Positions 1 to 10,735 of a DNA stretch of 64,000 bases are shown piece by piece. How positions within the stretch are numbered: position 1 is the first letter of the stretch; the number at the start of each line of letters is the position of its first letter. The DNA is taken from contig CAYFPJ010000004.1 in the NCBI GenBank assembly GCA_964344965.1, positions 11,532-75,531 of the forward strand, given 5' to 3'. Origin of the DNA: an uncultured Gammaproteobacteria bacterium (GTDB lineage Bacteria; Patescibacteriota; Patescibacteriia; Magasanikbacterales; UBA922). Made by a program: the position numbers and the translations under genes. The notes under the pieces were generated by a model. It made no database searches. It was not told the DNA's origin and was given only the letters and a program-made list of their open reading frames with translations.

Positions 1-74
1 GATTAAATAGATTAACACGGATAAAATACGTGCTAATCCGTTCGATCCGTGTCATCTGTGTTCCATTTCCTAAA

Positions 75-542
75 CTAGCTATCACCCAATCCTTCCAAAA
101 TCTGCTCCGCATGATTTCCAGTCTCTACTTTCTTAAATATTTTGATAATTTTTCCTTTTTCATCGATCACAAAAGTAGTCCGATGAGTCCCCTGGTAAGT
201 CCGGCCCATAAATTTCTTCTCACCCCACACTCCATATTTCTCCACAATTTTCTTATCTTCGTCAACAATTAAATCAAAGGGTAAATCAAACTTCTCACTA
301 AACTTCTGGTGAGATTTTTGATTATCGGTACTGACCCCCAAAACAACAAAGCCTTTCTTCTTGAGAAGCTCATAATTATCTCGCAAGTTACAAGCCTCTT
401 TGGTGCAGCCTGGAGTATTATCTTTGGGATAAAAAAATAAAATAACTTTTTTGCCAATAAAATCTGCAAGAGAAATCTTTTCTCCATTTTGATTTAGGCC
501 AGAAAATTTTGGTGCTTTGTCTCCTTGTTTTAGATGTGTCAT
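75..542 (-). CDS. bcp: peroxiredoxin / thiol peroxidase Bcp (AhpC/TSA family)
   Basis: 155-aa ORF with the peroxiredoxin active-site context PKDNTPGCT and Bcp-like sequence overall. Confidence 0.85.
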   Translation of the reverse strand: MTHLKQGDKAPKFSGLNQNGEKISLADFIGKKVILFFYPKDNTPGCTKEACNLRDNYELLKKKGFVVLGVSTDNQKSHQKFSEKFDLPFDLIVDEDKKIVEKYGVWGEKKFMGRTYQGTHRTTFVIDEKGKIIKIFKKVETGNHAEQILEGLGDS

Positions 543-628
543 AAGTATGTTGTGTTGATTAGCTAATTTCTCCCCCTTTAGAAGGGGGAGTTAGAGGGGG
601 TTGCCTTGTTTAGCCCGGCAACCCCACC

Positions 629-1744
629 CTAGCCCTCCCCTTCTAAAGGGGAGGGAATAAAATCTAAGTTAGTTTTCAATTCACTCAAAATCCCTTCCAA
701 CTCCTCTATCGACTTCACTCGTACCAAGCGAGCACGAAATTCTTTGATCCCCGGAATAGGCATCGGCATACGTGAACTTTTGAAATACCAAGAAAGATGT
801 TTCCGGAAGGTGACAATGGTTGTTTTTTCCAAATCTTCTGCAGTGACACCTTCACTCCTATTCCTCGCAGACATGGCCCGCACTTTGGCTTGATTCTTCA
901 CATGTAGTTTTGCGTGCTCAAGAATTATAGGGATACGTTCATTAATTGATATAGGCAGTTGATCGGAAAGATCCTTCGCCTGCGGCTCAGGATGCCCCAA
1001 GGCGCTCTTGGCTTGTTTGAAGAACCAAGGATTACCAAGAGCACCTCTAGCAATCAAAACTCCATCTGCTCCAGTTTGCTCTAGACATTCCCAGACCTGT
1101 GCAGGCTGATGGATGTCTCCATTGGCAAGCAGTGGGACAGTGGCAATCTCTTTGGCCTGGCGAATCCTCTCCCAATCTGACACACCTGAATAACCCTGGG
1201 CTTTGGTCCGGCCGTGGATAGTGATAAGCTCTGCGCCAGCTTCTTCCATCGCTGGGATGAAGGTTTTGAATCTATCTGGATCACTCCAGCCTAGGCGGAT
1301 CTTCACTGATAATGGTGTCTCCCCTATCTCTTTTTTCATGGCTTTCACAATACTCGCTGCCAAATCAGGTTCTGTCATCAGAGCACAGCCATTGAAATTT
1401 GAAGTAAGCTTGTAGACTGGACAGCCCATATTGATGTCGATTCCTTCTGGATTGGCGTGCTCCATGACTATTGCAGCAGCTCTCGCCATAGTCTCTGGGT
1501 CTGCCCCAAAAATCTGCTGGACTATAGGTCTTTCTTCTTCTACAAAGTCTGTCATCCCAAGCGTTTTTTCATTATCACGAACTAGGGCCTCGCTAGAGAC
1601 CATTTCTCGGAATACAATATCAGCTCCACCGATCTTACGGACAATCTGACAAAATGCTGAGTCTGTCATATCTGCCATGGGCGAGAGGGCTAATATTGGT
1701 CTATTTTTTGATTGTATATTTTGTATCCAATTGCTCATAATCAA
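629..1744 (-). CDS. dus: tRNA-dihydrouridine synthase (Dus family, TIM-barrel FMN enzyme)
   Basis: 371-aa ORF; Dus-like motifs (LAPMADMTD, INMGCP, KIRLGW, LANGDI); the last ~9 codons and the stop lie inside G-rich palindromic element E1. Confidence 0.85.
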   Translation of the reverse strand: MIMSNWIQNIQSKNRPILALSPMADMTDSAFCQIVRKIGGADIVFREMVSSEALVRDNEKTLGMTDFVEEERPIVQQIFGADPETMARAAAIVMEHANPEGIDINMGCPVYKLTSNFNGCALMTEPDLAASIVKAMKKEIGETPLSVKIRLGWSDPDRFKTFIPAMEEAGAELITIHGRTKAQGYSGVSDWERIRQAKEIATVPLLANGDIHQPAQVWECLEQTGADGVLIARGALGNPWFFKQAKSALGHPEPQAKDLSDQLPISINERIPIILEHAKLHVKNQAKVRAMSARNRSEGVTAEDLEKTTIVTFRKHLSWYFKSSRMPMPIPGIKEFRARLVRVKSIEELEGILSELKTNLDFIPSPLEGEG

Positions 1745-2553
1745 AAAGGGCTCTTTATATTTTTCAAGGCGGGATTTGTTACTTTTGTATAAATTTGAGT
1801 TGTCCGGATGTTTGTATGTCCAAGTAATTCCTGTACATATCTAATGTCTACTCCATTTTCAAGCAGATGCGTGGCAAAACTGTGGCGCAGTGAATGAAAT
1901 GTGGCCTTTTTTGAAATACCAGACATTCGGAGAGCGTTTTCAAATATTTTTTGAACACTTCGCACTGCCATATTTCCTCCCCTATTGCTGACAAAAAGAT
2001 ACTCATCAGCAGTTCTTCCGGCTATCATAGAACGTAATTCAGAGACCAACTTGTCAGGAAGAACAGTGATACGATCTTTTTTGCCTTTTGCCTGTTTAAT
2101 ATGAATGGATAATTGTTCTGGATCTATATCTCCTACTTTTAAATTAACCAATTCGCTGATCCGTAGTCCAGCGGCATAAGATAGTGAGATAATCAATTTA
2201 TGTTTGGTATTGTTTATTTGCTCAATTATCTGCTGTATTTGATTTCTAGATAAAATGATTGGGATTTTTTTGCTCTTTTTTGGGTGTCGCAATGGTATGT
2301 AATCATTTCTTTGATATATTTCTCTGAATAAATAATTTATGGCATTGGCAATCAGGGAGAGTGTCTGTGGAGCATACCCTTTTTGTTGGGAGTAAACAAA
2401 AAACTGTTTAATTTCTTCTTCTGATAGTTCTTTTGGTATTTTTTTGGTGTGAGAACACAAGTCTTGAATTATGCGGACATAAGATGATATTGTTTTCTTG
2501 CTGTAATTGCGGAGTTTCATCTCCTGTGTTACTATATCAATAAGTTTTGGCAT
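1741..2553 (-). CDS. tyrosine-type site-specific recombinase / phage integrase family
   Basis: 270-aa ORF; C-terminal catalytic region HSLRHSFATHLLENGVDIRYVQELLGHTNIRTTQIYTKV (R..H..R..Y signature). Confidence 0.85.
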   Translation of the reverse strand: MPKLIDIVTQEMKLRNYSKKTISSYVRIIQDLCSHTKKIPKELSEEEIKQFFVYSQQKGYAPQTLSLIANAINYLFREIYQRNDYIPLRHPKKSKKIPIILSRNQIQQIIEQINNTKHKLIISLSYAAGLRISELVNLKVGDIDPEQLSIHIKQAKGKKDRITVLPDKLVSELRSMIAGRTADEYLFVSNRGGNMAVRSVQKIFENALRMSGISKKATFHSLRHSFATHLLENGVDIRYVQELLGHTNIRTTQIYTKVTNPALKNIKSPF

Positions 2554-2873
2554 ATTTTTTTGTCAAAAAGTACAGATATACTACATTATTTGTATATATT
2601 ACGCAAGAAGTTCGTATATACACTAGTTAGCTGAAATATCCCTTTTCTTTTTATTCCGCCTACGGCGGGATTTGTTCCAAAAATTTTCAAATTTCTTTTT
2701 CCAATTAGGAGTCCTTCGGACAATTATTTTATAGGGGAATAATTTGGAGTCTCGCTGTATGCTCAGCTCGACACTTTATTTATCTAAAATACGCCCTGGT
2801 CTGAACTTTTAATACGATTTGACATATTTAAGATTTAGTGCTATAGTTTGAATACAATATTCTATATTAAACT

Positions 2874-4010
2874 ATGTCCAACCCATCTTTTAAGGCTGGC
2901 AGCTTCTCCAAGCAATATGAATACAAAAGCTTCTCTCCCAGTCCAATAAACCAACCTTTCCACTGGTCTGACGAGCGTATTGATGTACTACTCGCAGATG
3001 CTATGCGCTATCTTGGCGAACTCAATGCCTATTCTTTGCTTGTACCTGACGTAGATTTTTTTATCAAAATGCACGTTATCAAAGAAGCGAACGTTTCGAG
3101 CAAAATCGAAGGAACAAAAACGGAATTGGATGAAGCTCTGATGACAGAAGAAGAAATTGACCCAGAAAAACGAGATGATTGGGAAGAAGTACAAAACTAC
3201 ATCAAAGCAATCAACCATTCTATCAAGAAACTCGACAAGCTCCCACTTTCGATGCGTCTCATAAAAGAATCACACAAGATATTACTCTCTGGTGTGCGCG
3301 GATCTGGTAAGCAACCGGGCAAAGTACGCACCAGTCAAAACTGGATTGGTGGATCATCACTGACAGATGCCTACTTCATTCCACCACATCACAGTGAACT
3401 TTCTGATCTGCTGAGTGACCTTGAAAAGTTTTGGCACAACAAAAAATTGCATGTTCCAGATCTCATCCGTATTGCACTCTCGCACTATCAATTCGAGACT
3501 ATTCACCCATTCCTCGATGGAAACGGACGTATTGGTCGCCTTCTCATTACACTCCACCTTGTGTCTCTCGGATATCTCAGAAAGCCATGCTTGTATTTGT
3601 CCGATTACTTCGAAAAACATCGTCGACAGTATTATGATGCGCTCGACAGACCTAGACAAAGTGATGATATCGAGCACTGGATCCGTTTCTTTCTAAACGG
3701 TGTGCTTGAGACTGCAAGAAAAGGAACTGAAACATTTGAGCAGATTGTTGCGCTCAGAAAAAAATACGAGGATATTATTGAAGCAAAAGTAGGGCTCCGT
3801 AGACAGAAAACTGCAAAGCAGCTCCTGCTTCATTTTTTCTCTGACCCTATTATGTCTGTAAAGCAGATGCAAGAAGTGCTTGACTGTAGCTTCCCTACCG
3901 CCAGTGCATTGGCAGCTGATTTTGAAAAGATTGGACTTTTGAAAGAAAAAACCGGCTATTCGAGAAACCGTATTTTTGTGTTGGAGGAGTATTTGAATTT
4001 GTTTAGGTAG
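2874..4010 (+). CDS. Fic/DOC family protein (putative AMPylase)
   Basis: 378-aa ORF with the canonical Fic motif [12 protein letters not shown]. Confidence 0.85.
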   Translation: MSNPSFKAGSFSKQYEYKSFSPSPINQPFHWSDERIDVLLADAMRYLGELNAYSLLVPDVDFFIKMHVIKEANVSSKIEGTKTELDEALMTEEEIDPEKRDDWEEVQNYIKAINHSIKKLDKLPLSMRLIKESHKILLSGVRGSGKQPGKVRTSQNWIGGSSLTDAYFIPPHHSELSDLLSDLEKFWHNKKLHVPDLIRIALSHYQFETIHPFLDGNGRIGRLLITLHLVSLGYLRKPCLYLSDYFEKHRRQYYDALDRPRQSDDIEHWIRFFLNGVLETARKGTETFEQIVALRKKYEDIIEAKVGLRRQKTAKQLLLHFFSDPIMSVKQMQEVLDCSFPTASALAADFEKIGLLKEKTGYSRNRIFVLEEYLNLFR

Positions 4011-4066
4011 GGTAAAATACAATCACAAAGAAAAAAACATACTCTTAAAACTCAACACTACATACT

Positions 4067-6103
4067 ATGCCAAAATCAATCGAACCAAATATAGCAGACC
4101 TCGTAAACGGCTGGCTAAAGACCTACAAGCTCGACTACAAGTTAGGGCAGGAATCTTTGAATACGGAAATCGACAAAGCGCTGACTGACTACTTCACAAA
4201 GAATGGCGGTTCGGGCGCCAATCGACCCGATGCAAAGCTCCTTCTGCAGGATAAAAACCTCGATTTTTTTCCGGTTCTGATCGAATACAAAGGCTACAAA
4301 GACAAGCTCGTTAAACAGGGCAGTGATGGGCAGGTAGAAAATAAAACTACCAAGAACGAGCCGAATTTCAAAAATATGAATTCCTACGCTGTGAACGGAG
4401 CGGTGCACTATGCCAACGCCCTTTTGCACCACACCAGCTACACCGATGTTATCGCTATTGGTGTCACTGGACACAAAGACGAGACAGAAAAAATCCATCA
4501 CGAAATTGGCGTGTATTTTGTATCAAAAAGCAATCTTGGAGCCGGTCAGAAAGTTGGTGAATACACCGATTTGTCATTTTTGAAGGCAGAAAATTTTGAT
4601 GAGTTTATCGAAAAGGTAAAGAGTTTAAGTCTCACTCAAGAAGAAATCGACAAGCTCAAAGAACAGCGAGAAAAAGAAATAAATGCTAGCCTTGTAAAGC
4701 TCAATAACGATATTTATCAAAACGAAAAAGGCTTGGGAGAAAATGACCGCGTCTATCTTGTAGCCGCCTCCATCATTGCCACCATTGGTATCCCGGGCAA
4801 AGTGTCACCTCTTGAAAAATCAGACCTCAAGTCCTCTAGCGAAAAAGGAAATACCGATGGCGACATCATGGTCAGAAAGATTAAAGCCTTTTTGAGTGAA
4901 AAAGCGCTACCAGAAGAGAAAAAGGATCTCATTTTGCGCACACTCCAAAACACCCTCACAACCAACAACATAAACAAAGTAGAAAATGGTGAAAGTCAAC
5001 TCAAACGAGTGTTCTCTAAAATCGTAGACGACCTCGGCATTTATTACAAAATTGGTCTCACAACAGACTTTACCGGCAAACTCTTTAACGAAATGTACGG
5101 CTGGCTTGGCTTCTCTCAAGACAAGCTCAATGATGTGGTTCTTACCCCCTCATACGTAGGAACACTTCTCGTAAAATTAGCACGTGTCAACAAAGATTCC
5201 TATGTGTGGGACTTCGCGACTGGTTCGGCAGGGCTTTTGGTCGCGGCAATGAATGAGATGCTCAACGATGCCAAACAATCTATCAAATCTCCCGATAAAC
5301 TTACGCAAAAAGAAATCAAAATCAAGACCGAGCAGCTTCTCGGACTTGAGCTCCTCTCCAGTGTGTACATGTTGGCGATTCTCAACATGATCCTCATGGG
5401 CGACGGTAGTTCAAACATTTTGAATCAAGATTCCTTGAAAGACTTTGACGGAAAATACGGCTTTGGCAAAACCGATAGTGATTTCCCAGCCGATGCCTTC
5501 ATCCTTAATCCACCATATTCTGCCCCAGGGAACGGTATGAATTTTGTCGAAAAAGCCCTTGGTATGATGGGCAGAGGCTACGCGGCTATCATCATCCAAA
5601 GCTCAGCCGGCAGTGGGAAGGCAATAGAATACAACAAACGCATACTCCAAAAACACACGCTCATTGCGAGCATTAAAATGCCAGATGATTTGTTCATCGG
5701 CAAGTCAAGCGTGCAGACACGTGTGTATGTGTTCAAGGTAAATGAAAAGCACCAACTAGACGAGATGGTGAAGTTTATTGATTTTACAAACGACGGCTAC
5801 ACCAGAACCAACCGCAAAAAAGCCAGCAATAACCTACGCGACACCGATAACGCCAAAGAGCGCTATGAGGAACTCGTAAACCTCGTACGCTTTGGCAAGA
5901 GCAAGCTTAATATTTTTACTGAAGCCGAATACTACGAAAACACCATCGATCCAGACAATGGCGCCGACTGGAACCAATCCGCGCCAATAGATACCACACC
6001 AACCATCGCCGATTTTAAAAAGACCGTTGGTGATTATCTCGCGTGGGAAGTTGGCAATATCTTAAAACAGCAAACCAAAGACGAGCCGTCGGGAAAAGCC
6101 TAG
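4067..6103 (+). CDS. hsdM: N6-adenine DNA methyltransferase, type I R-M HsdM-like
   Basis: 678-aa ORF; SAM-binding motif DFATGSAG and catalytic NPPY motif; immediately followed by an HsdS-like gene. Confidence 0.75.
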   Translation: MPKSIEPNIADLVNGWLKTYKLDYKLGQESLNTEIDKALTDYFTKNGGSGANRPDAKLLLQDKNLDFFPVLIEYKGYKDKLVKQGSDGQVENKTTKNEPNFKNMNSYAVNGAVHYANALLHHTSYTDVIAIGVTGHKDETEKIHHEIGVYFVSKSNLGAGQKVGEYTDLSFLKAENFDEFIEKVKSLSLTQEEIDKLKEQREKEINASLVKLNNDIYQNEKGLGENDRVYLVAASIIATIGIPGKVSPLEKSDLKSSSEKGNTDGDIMVRKIKAFLSEKALPEEKKDLILRTLQNTLTTNNINKVENGESQLKRVFSKIVDDLGIYYKIGLTTDFTGKLFNEMYGWLGFSQDKLNDVVLTPSYVGTLLVKLARVNKDSYVWDFATGSAGLLVAAMNEMLNDAKQSIKSPDKLTQKEIKIKTEQLLGLELLSSVYMLAILNMILMGDGSSNILNQDSLKDFDGKYGFGKTDSDFPADAFILNPPYSAPGNGMNFVEKALGMMGRGYAAIIIQSSAGSGKAIEYNKRILQKHTLIASIKMPDDLFIGKSSVQTRVYVFKVNEKHQLDEMVKFIDFTNDGYTRTNRKKASNNLRDTDNAKERYEELVNLVRFGKSKLNIFTEAEYYENTIDPDNGADWNQSAPIDTTPTIADFKKTVGDYLAWEVGNILKQQTKDEPSGKA

Positions 6104-7246
6104 CCCCACTCGACAAGAAGCTACAAAAAGTTGAGTGGGGCGAATACAAGCTTGAGGACTTGTTTGTTGTTCAAACCGTCAAAAGTATCGACGAAGGAAA
6201 ATTAACCCTAGTCGATCACAAACAAGATGGATTATTTGAATTTGTAGGCAGGACGAGAGTTGGAAACGGAATAAAGGGCTATACAAAGAAATTAGATCTT
6301 GAGCCCAACCCTGAAGAGACAATTTCAATTACTCAAATTGGAACTATTGTTGCGCAACTGAGAAAAGAAAAATGGTATGCGAGCCAAAACATATTTTCTC
6401 TTACTCCAAAAGCAGAATATAAGAAGCTATTTTTCCTATACGGTGTTGCGGCAGTAGATAAGGCGCTGGTGAGTACATTTTCTGATGGTTATTCAAACTT
6501 ATCCGACGTTGAAAAAATTAAAGAAATTGAGAATCAAACTCCCCATCAAAAACGGTAAAATAGATTTTGCGTTTATGGAGAACTTCATAGCGGAGCTGGA
6601 GGCGGAGCGGATAGCGGAGCTGGAGGCGTATTTGGTAGCAAGCGGACTTAAAGACTATACGTTGACCAAGGAAGAAAAGAAAGTGTTGGCGGAGTTTGAA
6701 AGTGAAAACGTCACGTGGGGAGAATTCAAAATTGGTGATCTGTTTGCAATCAATCCTACGAAGTACTACAGGTTATCTAATGAGGAAATACTCTCAGGAA
6801 ATGGCAAAGTGCCTTTAGTCTCAAACTCCTCAACTAATAATGGAGTAATGGGATTTTCCGAATTGAAAGCAAACAACAGTGGAAATACCATAACTTGTTC
6901 TGACACAACTCTTGGCGCAGAAACCATGTACTACCAAAAGAATGACTTTATTGGTTATTCTCATATTCAACATTTTGTCCCAAAATTTGAGAGGTTTAAC
7001 AGACATATTGCAAGTTTCATTGTTTCTGCATCCAGAGTATCAACTTCAAAAAAGTATAATTATGGTCAAAAATTTAATCGAGAAGCAATGAATGGGACTG
7101 AAATTCAACTTTTGTCCAAAAACAACCAACCAGACTACAAAAAAATGGAGGCGTTTATTTCTGCTATCCAAAAACTGGTGATTAAAGATGTTGTGGAGTA
7201 CGCAGACAAAAAAATTGCTGCAACCAAAAAAGTGGTAAAGAAGTAA
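6043..7246 (+). CDS. hsdS: type I R-M specificity subunit HsdS with two target-recognition domains; the reading frame switches between two overlapping ORFs (6043-6558 and 6485-7246)
   Basis: Two ORFs with TRD-like sequence; central conserved region carries a tandem repeat [14 protein letters not shown] (direct DNA repeat ATAGCGGAGCTGGAGGCG); A6 tract near 6508; overlaps the hsdM 3' end. Confidence 0.6.
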
Positions 7247-7268
7247 TTACATCTAAATTAAACTAAAT

Positions 7269-7679
7269 ATGAACAACACAATCACAATTCAAACAATCGT
7301 AAAAACTCCGATTGAAAAAGTCTGGGAGTATTGGACAGAAACAAAACACATTTCCAACTGGGCTGCTAGTGGCGAATGGGAAGCAAGCGCGAAAAGTAAT
7401 GATCTGCGTGTTGGCGGTACGTTTAACACGCGTATGCAGGCAAAAGACGGTAGTGCTGGATTTGATTTTGTTGGTGAGTACACAACTGTCGTCCCTCATG
7501 AGCGTATCGAATACACCATGGATGATGACCGCAAAGTCAAAGTAGTTTTTGAGAAGGTTTCAGAAGGAGTAAAAATTGTTGAGAGTTTTGAGGCCGAGAA
7601 AGAGAATTCAGAAGAGGTACAAAAAGAGGGATGGCAAGGAATACTTGATAATTTTAAAAAGTATGCCGAGAAGCAGTAA
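7269..7679 (+). CDS. SRPBCC superfamily protein (Aha1/START-like)
   Basis: 136-aa ORF with an AHSA1-like sequence pattern (WEYWT...GGTF...). Confidence 0.6.
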   Translation: MNNTITIQTIVKTPIEKVWEYWTETKHISNWAASGEWEASAKSNDLRVGGTFNTRMQAKDGSAGFDFVGEYTTVVPHERIEYTMDDDRKVKVVFEKVSEGVKIVESFEAEKENSEEVQKEGWQGILDNFKKYAEKQ

Positions 7680-7950
7680 AACCCATACGACACTGTCAAA
7701 CGGGGCGCTCCATAGAGTACCGAAGGACTTACGCGCGGCACTTGAGGCTTCCTCAAAAGCGCACAGCACATGGGAAGACACTACTCCGCTTGCACGTAAT
7801 GAGTGGATTTGTTGGGTTGAAAATGCAAAAAAAGAAGAAACACGAATGAAGCGAATTCGCATTGCCAAAGAAAATCTTGCAGCAGGAAAACGCCGACCAT
7901 GCTGCTGGCCAGGTTGTCCACATCGAAAGAAGAGAGTTTTAAAAAAGTAA
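7663..7950 (+). CDS. YdeI/OmpD-associated family protein (DUF1801-like)
   Basis: In-frame ATG at 7663 inside ORF 7576-7950; C-terminal pattern W...AK.EETR.KRI typical of the YdeI family. Confidence 0.5.
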   Translation: MPRSSKTHTTLSNGALHRVPKDLRAALEASSKAHSTWEDTTPLARNEWICWVENAKKEETRMKRIRIAKENLAAGKRRPCCWPGCPHRKKRVLKK

Positions 7951-7977
7951 CGTGTTATTTTAACTAACATTTGGCAT

Positions 7978-8373
7978 ATGAAAAAACAAAAAGTGGGATA
8001 TGTAGACGGCTATGTCCTCGTTGTCCCAAAAAAGAAGGTGACCGCGTACAAAAAAATGGCGCGGGAGGCTGGAAAACTTTGGATAGAGCATGGTGCGCTT
8101 GGCTTAAAAGAATGTATGGGTGACGACTTGCGTCCTGATATGGATGGATATCCGGTACTCCAGTTTCCAACAATGGTCAAGCCAAAACCGAGCGAGACAA
8201 TTTGGTTCTCATATATTGAATACAGATCAAAGAAACATCGTGACCAAGTAAATAAAAAGGTGGCAAAAGACATGGAAGAATATCAGAAAAAACATCCGGA
8301 TCATATGAAAGACATGCCGTTTGATCCAAAACGCATGGCCTTTGGAGGATTTAGCGTGGAGGTGGGATACTAA
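7978..8373 (+). CDS. DUF1428 family protein
   Basis: 131-aa ORF; N-terminus YVDGYVLVVPKKKVTAYKKMA matches the DUF1428 pattern. Confidence 0.55.
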   Translation: MKKQKVGYVDGYVLVVPKKKVTAYKKMAREAGKLWIEHGALGLKECMGDDLRPDMDGYPVLQFPTMVKPKPSETIWFSYIEYRSKKHRDQVNKKVAKDMEEYQKKHPDHMKDMPFDPKRMAFGGFSVEVGY

Positions 8374-8392
8374 GATTACTTATAAATTTTCA

Positions 8393-8536
8393 ATAAAAGT
8401 AAATTTGGTTTAAGTAAGACTTCATCGGGCCATCCCCGCAGCAAGCTGCGGGGTATTGGCAGAAAATCTTATTTCAACCAATGTTAGTTTTCACTTTTTC
8501 GATGCAAGCATCGAGGAATAAAACCGCTTAAAGATT
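8393..8536 (+). repeat. ~145-bp interspersed repeat, copy A (internal hairpins CCCCGCAGC-AA-GCTGCGGGG and TCGATGC-AA-GCATCGA)
   Basis: Near-identical to copies at 29509, 37571, 40056 and 43439. Confidence 0.9.
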
Positions 8537-8556
8537 CAATCATAACGCATAACTAT

Positions 8557-9000
8557 ATGAACACAAAACACCCAATCGTACACTTCGAAATTCCAGCTGA
8601 CGATGTTGAGCGCGCGCAAGCGTTTTATCAGGAAACCTTTGGTTGGGGATTCCACAAATTTGATATGCCTAGCGACGGATCAACCGGTGGTGATCCATAC
8701 TATGGCGTCAGCACCACCGAAGTTGACGAAAACCACATGCCAACAAAACCAGGAACCATTAACGGTGGACTCATGAAACGCAAAGCACCTGGGCAACCGT
8801 TTATGAACTACATTCAGGCAGAGAGTATCGACGACGTGCTGCCAAAAATCAAAGAGCATGGTGGAGAGATAACCTTGCCAAAAACAGAAATCGCGCCTGG
8901 CATGGGCTGGATTGCTGCATTCAAAGATACCGAAGGCAACATGATGGGACTGCACGAACTCTCCGCCGAGCACAAAAAGAAAATGAAGGGAGAAAAGTAA
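8557..9000 (+). CDS. VOC/glyoxalase-bleomycin resistance family protein
   Basis: 147-aa ORF with a glyoxalase-like fold signature (HFEIP...FGW...GG...G..). Confidence 0.6.
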   Translation: MNTKHPIVHFEIPADDVERAQAFYQETFGWGFHKFDMPSDGSTGGDPYYGVSTTEVDENHMPTKPGTINGGLMKRKAPGQPFMNYIQAESIDDVLPKIKEHGGEITLPKTEIAPGMGWIAAFKDTEGNMMGLHELSAEHKKKMKGEK

Positions 9001-9004
9001 ACAT

Positions 9005-9889
9005 ATGCAAAAAATAGTTCCTCATCTCTGGTTTGAAACAAAAGCGAAAGAAGCGGTTGACTTCTATACGTCCATCTTCCCGAATTCAAAAACGCTATTT
9101 TCCGAAAAATTCCGCAGCACGCCATCAGGTGATATGGATATTATCGGGTTTGAAATTCTTGGATACGAATTTCAAGCGCTGGGTGCCGGACCACTCTACA
9201 CACCAAACCCATCTATTTCATTTATGATCAACTTTGATCCATCGCAGGATCAGGATGCTCGAAAGCGTATTGATGAGGTATGGGAGAACCTGCTCGTGGG
9301 CGGCAAAGTGCTCATGGATATTGATGCGTATCCATTTAGTGAACGGTATGGATGGGTCGAAGACAAATACGGATTTTCGTGGCAACTCATCTACACAAAA
9401 CCAGAAGGTGACGAACGGCCGCTAGTACTCCCCTCGTTCCTGTTTGTCACCGAAAGCGCAGAGCAAGCAGAAGAAGCAACAGACTTTTATCTTTCTGTAT
9501 TCAAAAATGCGAAACGCGGCAATCTGGCTCACTACCCTGTAGGAAGCGAACCAAACAAAGCAGGAGCCGTGATGTTTACGGACTTTACACTCGAAAACCA
9601 ATGGTTCGTGGCAATGGATGGAAGCAGCAAAATGCACGATTTTTTCTTTAATGAAATGGTGTCATGTATTATCCGCTGTCAGGACCAAAAAGAAATTGAT
9701 TACTACTGGAACAAACTCTCTGCAGTACCGGAGTCTGAACAATGCGGCTGGATAAAAGACAAGTACGGCATTTCGTGGCAGATTGTTCCAGAAAATATGG
9801 GAGAACTTATGAAAAGTGATGCCCAAGTACAAGCAATGCTCAAAATGAAAAAAATTATCATTGCTGATCTGGAGAGTGCGGGTAAATAA
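9005..9889 (+). CDS. tandem PhnB-like/3-demethylubiquinone-9 3-methyltransferase-like (VOC superfamily) domain protein
   Basis: 294-aa ORF with two repeated halves (VPHLWF..., YGFSWQ / YGISWQ). Confidence 0.6.
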   Translation: MQKIVPHLWFETKAKEAVDFYTSIFPNSKTLFSEKFRSTPSGDMDIIGFEILGYEFQALGAGPLYTPNPSISFMINFDPSQDQDARKRIDEVWENLLVGGKVLMDIDAYPFSERYGWVEDKYGFSWQLIYTKPEGDERPLVLPSFLFVTESAEQAEEATDFYLSVFKNAKRGNLAHYPVGSEPNKAGAVMFTDFTLENQWFVAMDGSSKMHDFFFNEMVSCIIRCQDQKEIDYYWNKLSAVPESEQCGWIKDKYGISWQIVPENMGELMKSDAQVQAMLKMKKIIIADLESAGK

Positions 9890-9906
9890 TATTAGAAAAA
9901 CCTCAT

Positions 9907-10437
9907 ATGCAACACTGGAGAGACCAGGCGGAAAAAAATGGATTGAATATACAAGAGCATGGCAGTTGTCAATTATGTGGTGCTCAGGTTGATGGCGGTA
10001 TTGCAGAATGTGTTACTATGTCAGATATTGTCACCCACAAGCTCAACCACGAAGATGCTGTGGCAAACATGACGATTTTTCTTTGTACAGATGCCCATGC
10101 GCTGCAGCACTCGGAAATTCACGGGCGATGGAACAACCATTTTCATCTTGCTCGTCTCCATTTGATTTTGAACAAAAACATACACTGGAATTATGAGCTT
10201 TCTCCAAAACTCAGTAGTGTAATTGACAAATACAAAACTCTGCATCCAGACAACAGAATATCTGCACCAGAACCAAAACAACGCGGGGCTTTTACAGTTT
10301 TTGAGCTAGGGAAAACGAGCGACCCAAAAGAATACGTAGATCTTGTTCAGCGTTGGGCAACAGAAGTACACGAAACCTATGCTTCAGGACACCATACTGC
10401 AGAAGACATTTCCGGTTTGCTTGCGGCAGAGAACTAA
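9907..10437 (+). CDS. hypothetical protein
   Basis: 176-aa ORF with no recognised motif; stop immediately abuts palindromic element E2. Confidence 0.5.
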   Translation: MQHWRDQAEKNGLNIQEHGSCQLCGAQVDGGIAECVTMSDIVTHKLNHEDAVANMTIFLCTDAHALQHSEIHGRWNNHFHLARLHLILNKNIHWNYELSPKLSSVIDKYKTLHPDNRISAPEPKQRGAFTVFELGKTSDPKEYVDLVQRWATEVHETYASGHHTAEDISGLLAAEN

Positions 10438-10440
10438 GAA

Positions 10441-10497
10441 GTGTTTGGGGGAGGGGCAATTCACCCCTTTAATTCCCCTCTTCCCCCTCCCCCAAAC
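10441..10497. repeat. G/C-run palindromic element E2 (GTTTGGGGGAGGGG...CCCCTCCCCCAAAC)
   Basis: Nested perfect inverted repeat; member of the family at 571, 32403, 58803, 47659 and 36841. Confidence 0.8.
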
Positions 10498-10735
10498 GGA
10501 AAAAGAAATTTGCACTAAAGTACAAGTGTCCCCTTGAAAATTTTTAAAATAATCCCGATTTCATCGGGAAAGAGAAAAGGAATACACCAGCCAACAGCGT
10601 ATATCTGGTTCGCGCTTGGGCTATCGCCCAAATGCTCACCCATATCCCGACTACGTTAGGACATCAGATATACGCGAACGTTAGCTAAAATTGTGCAAAT
10701 TTTTCTTCATTTTTCCAACCGCTAAAATAAAAAAT

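Noticed and set aside
269-3696. Many short antisense or overlapping ORFs from the six-frame track, for example 269-487, 1081-1284, 1203-1415, 1431-1649, 2988-3218, 3357-3677, 3415-3696
   Set aside because: They are fully contained within well-supported genes (bcp, dus, fic) on the opposite strand or in another frame. No independent signal supports them.
7576-7662. N-terminal extension of the YdeI-like ORF (MLRVLRPRKRIQKRYKK...)
   Set aside because: It overlaps the 3' end of the SRPBCC gene in another frame and is Arg/Lys-rich nonsense. The in-frame ATG at 7663 gives a family-typical protein.
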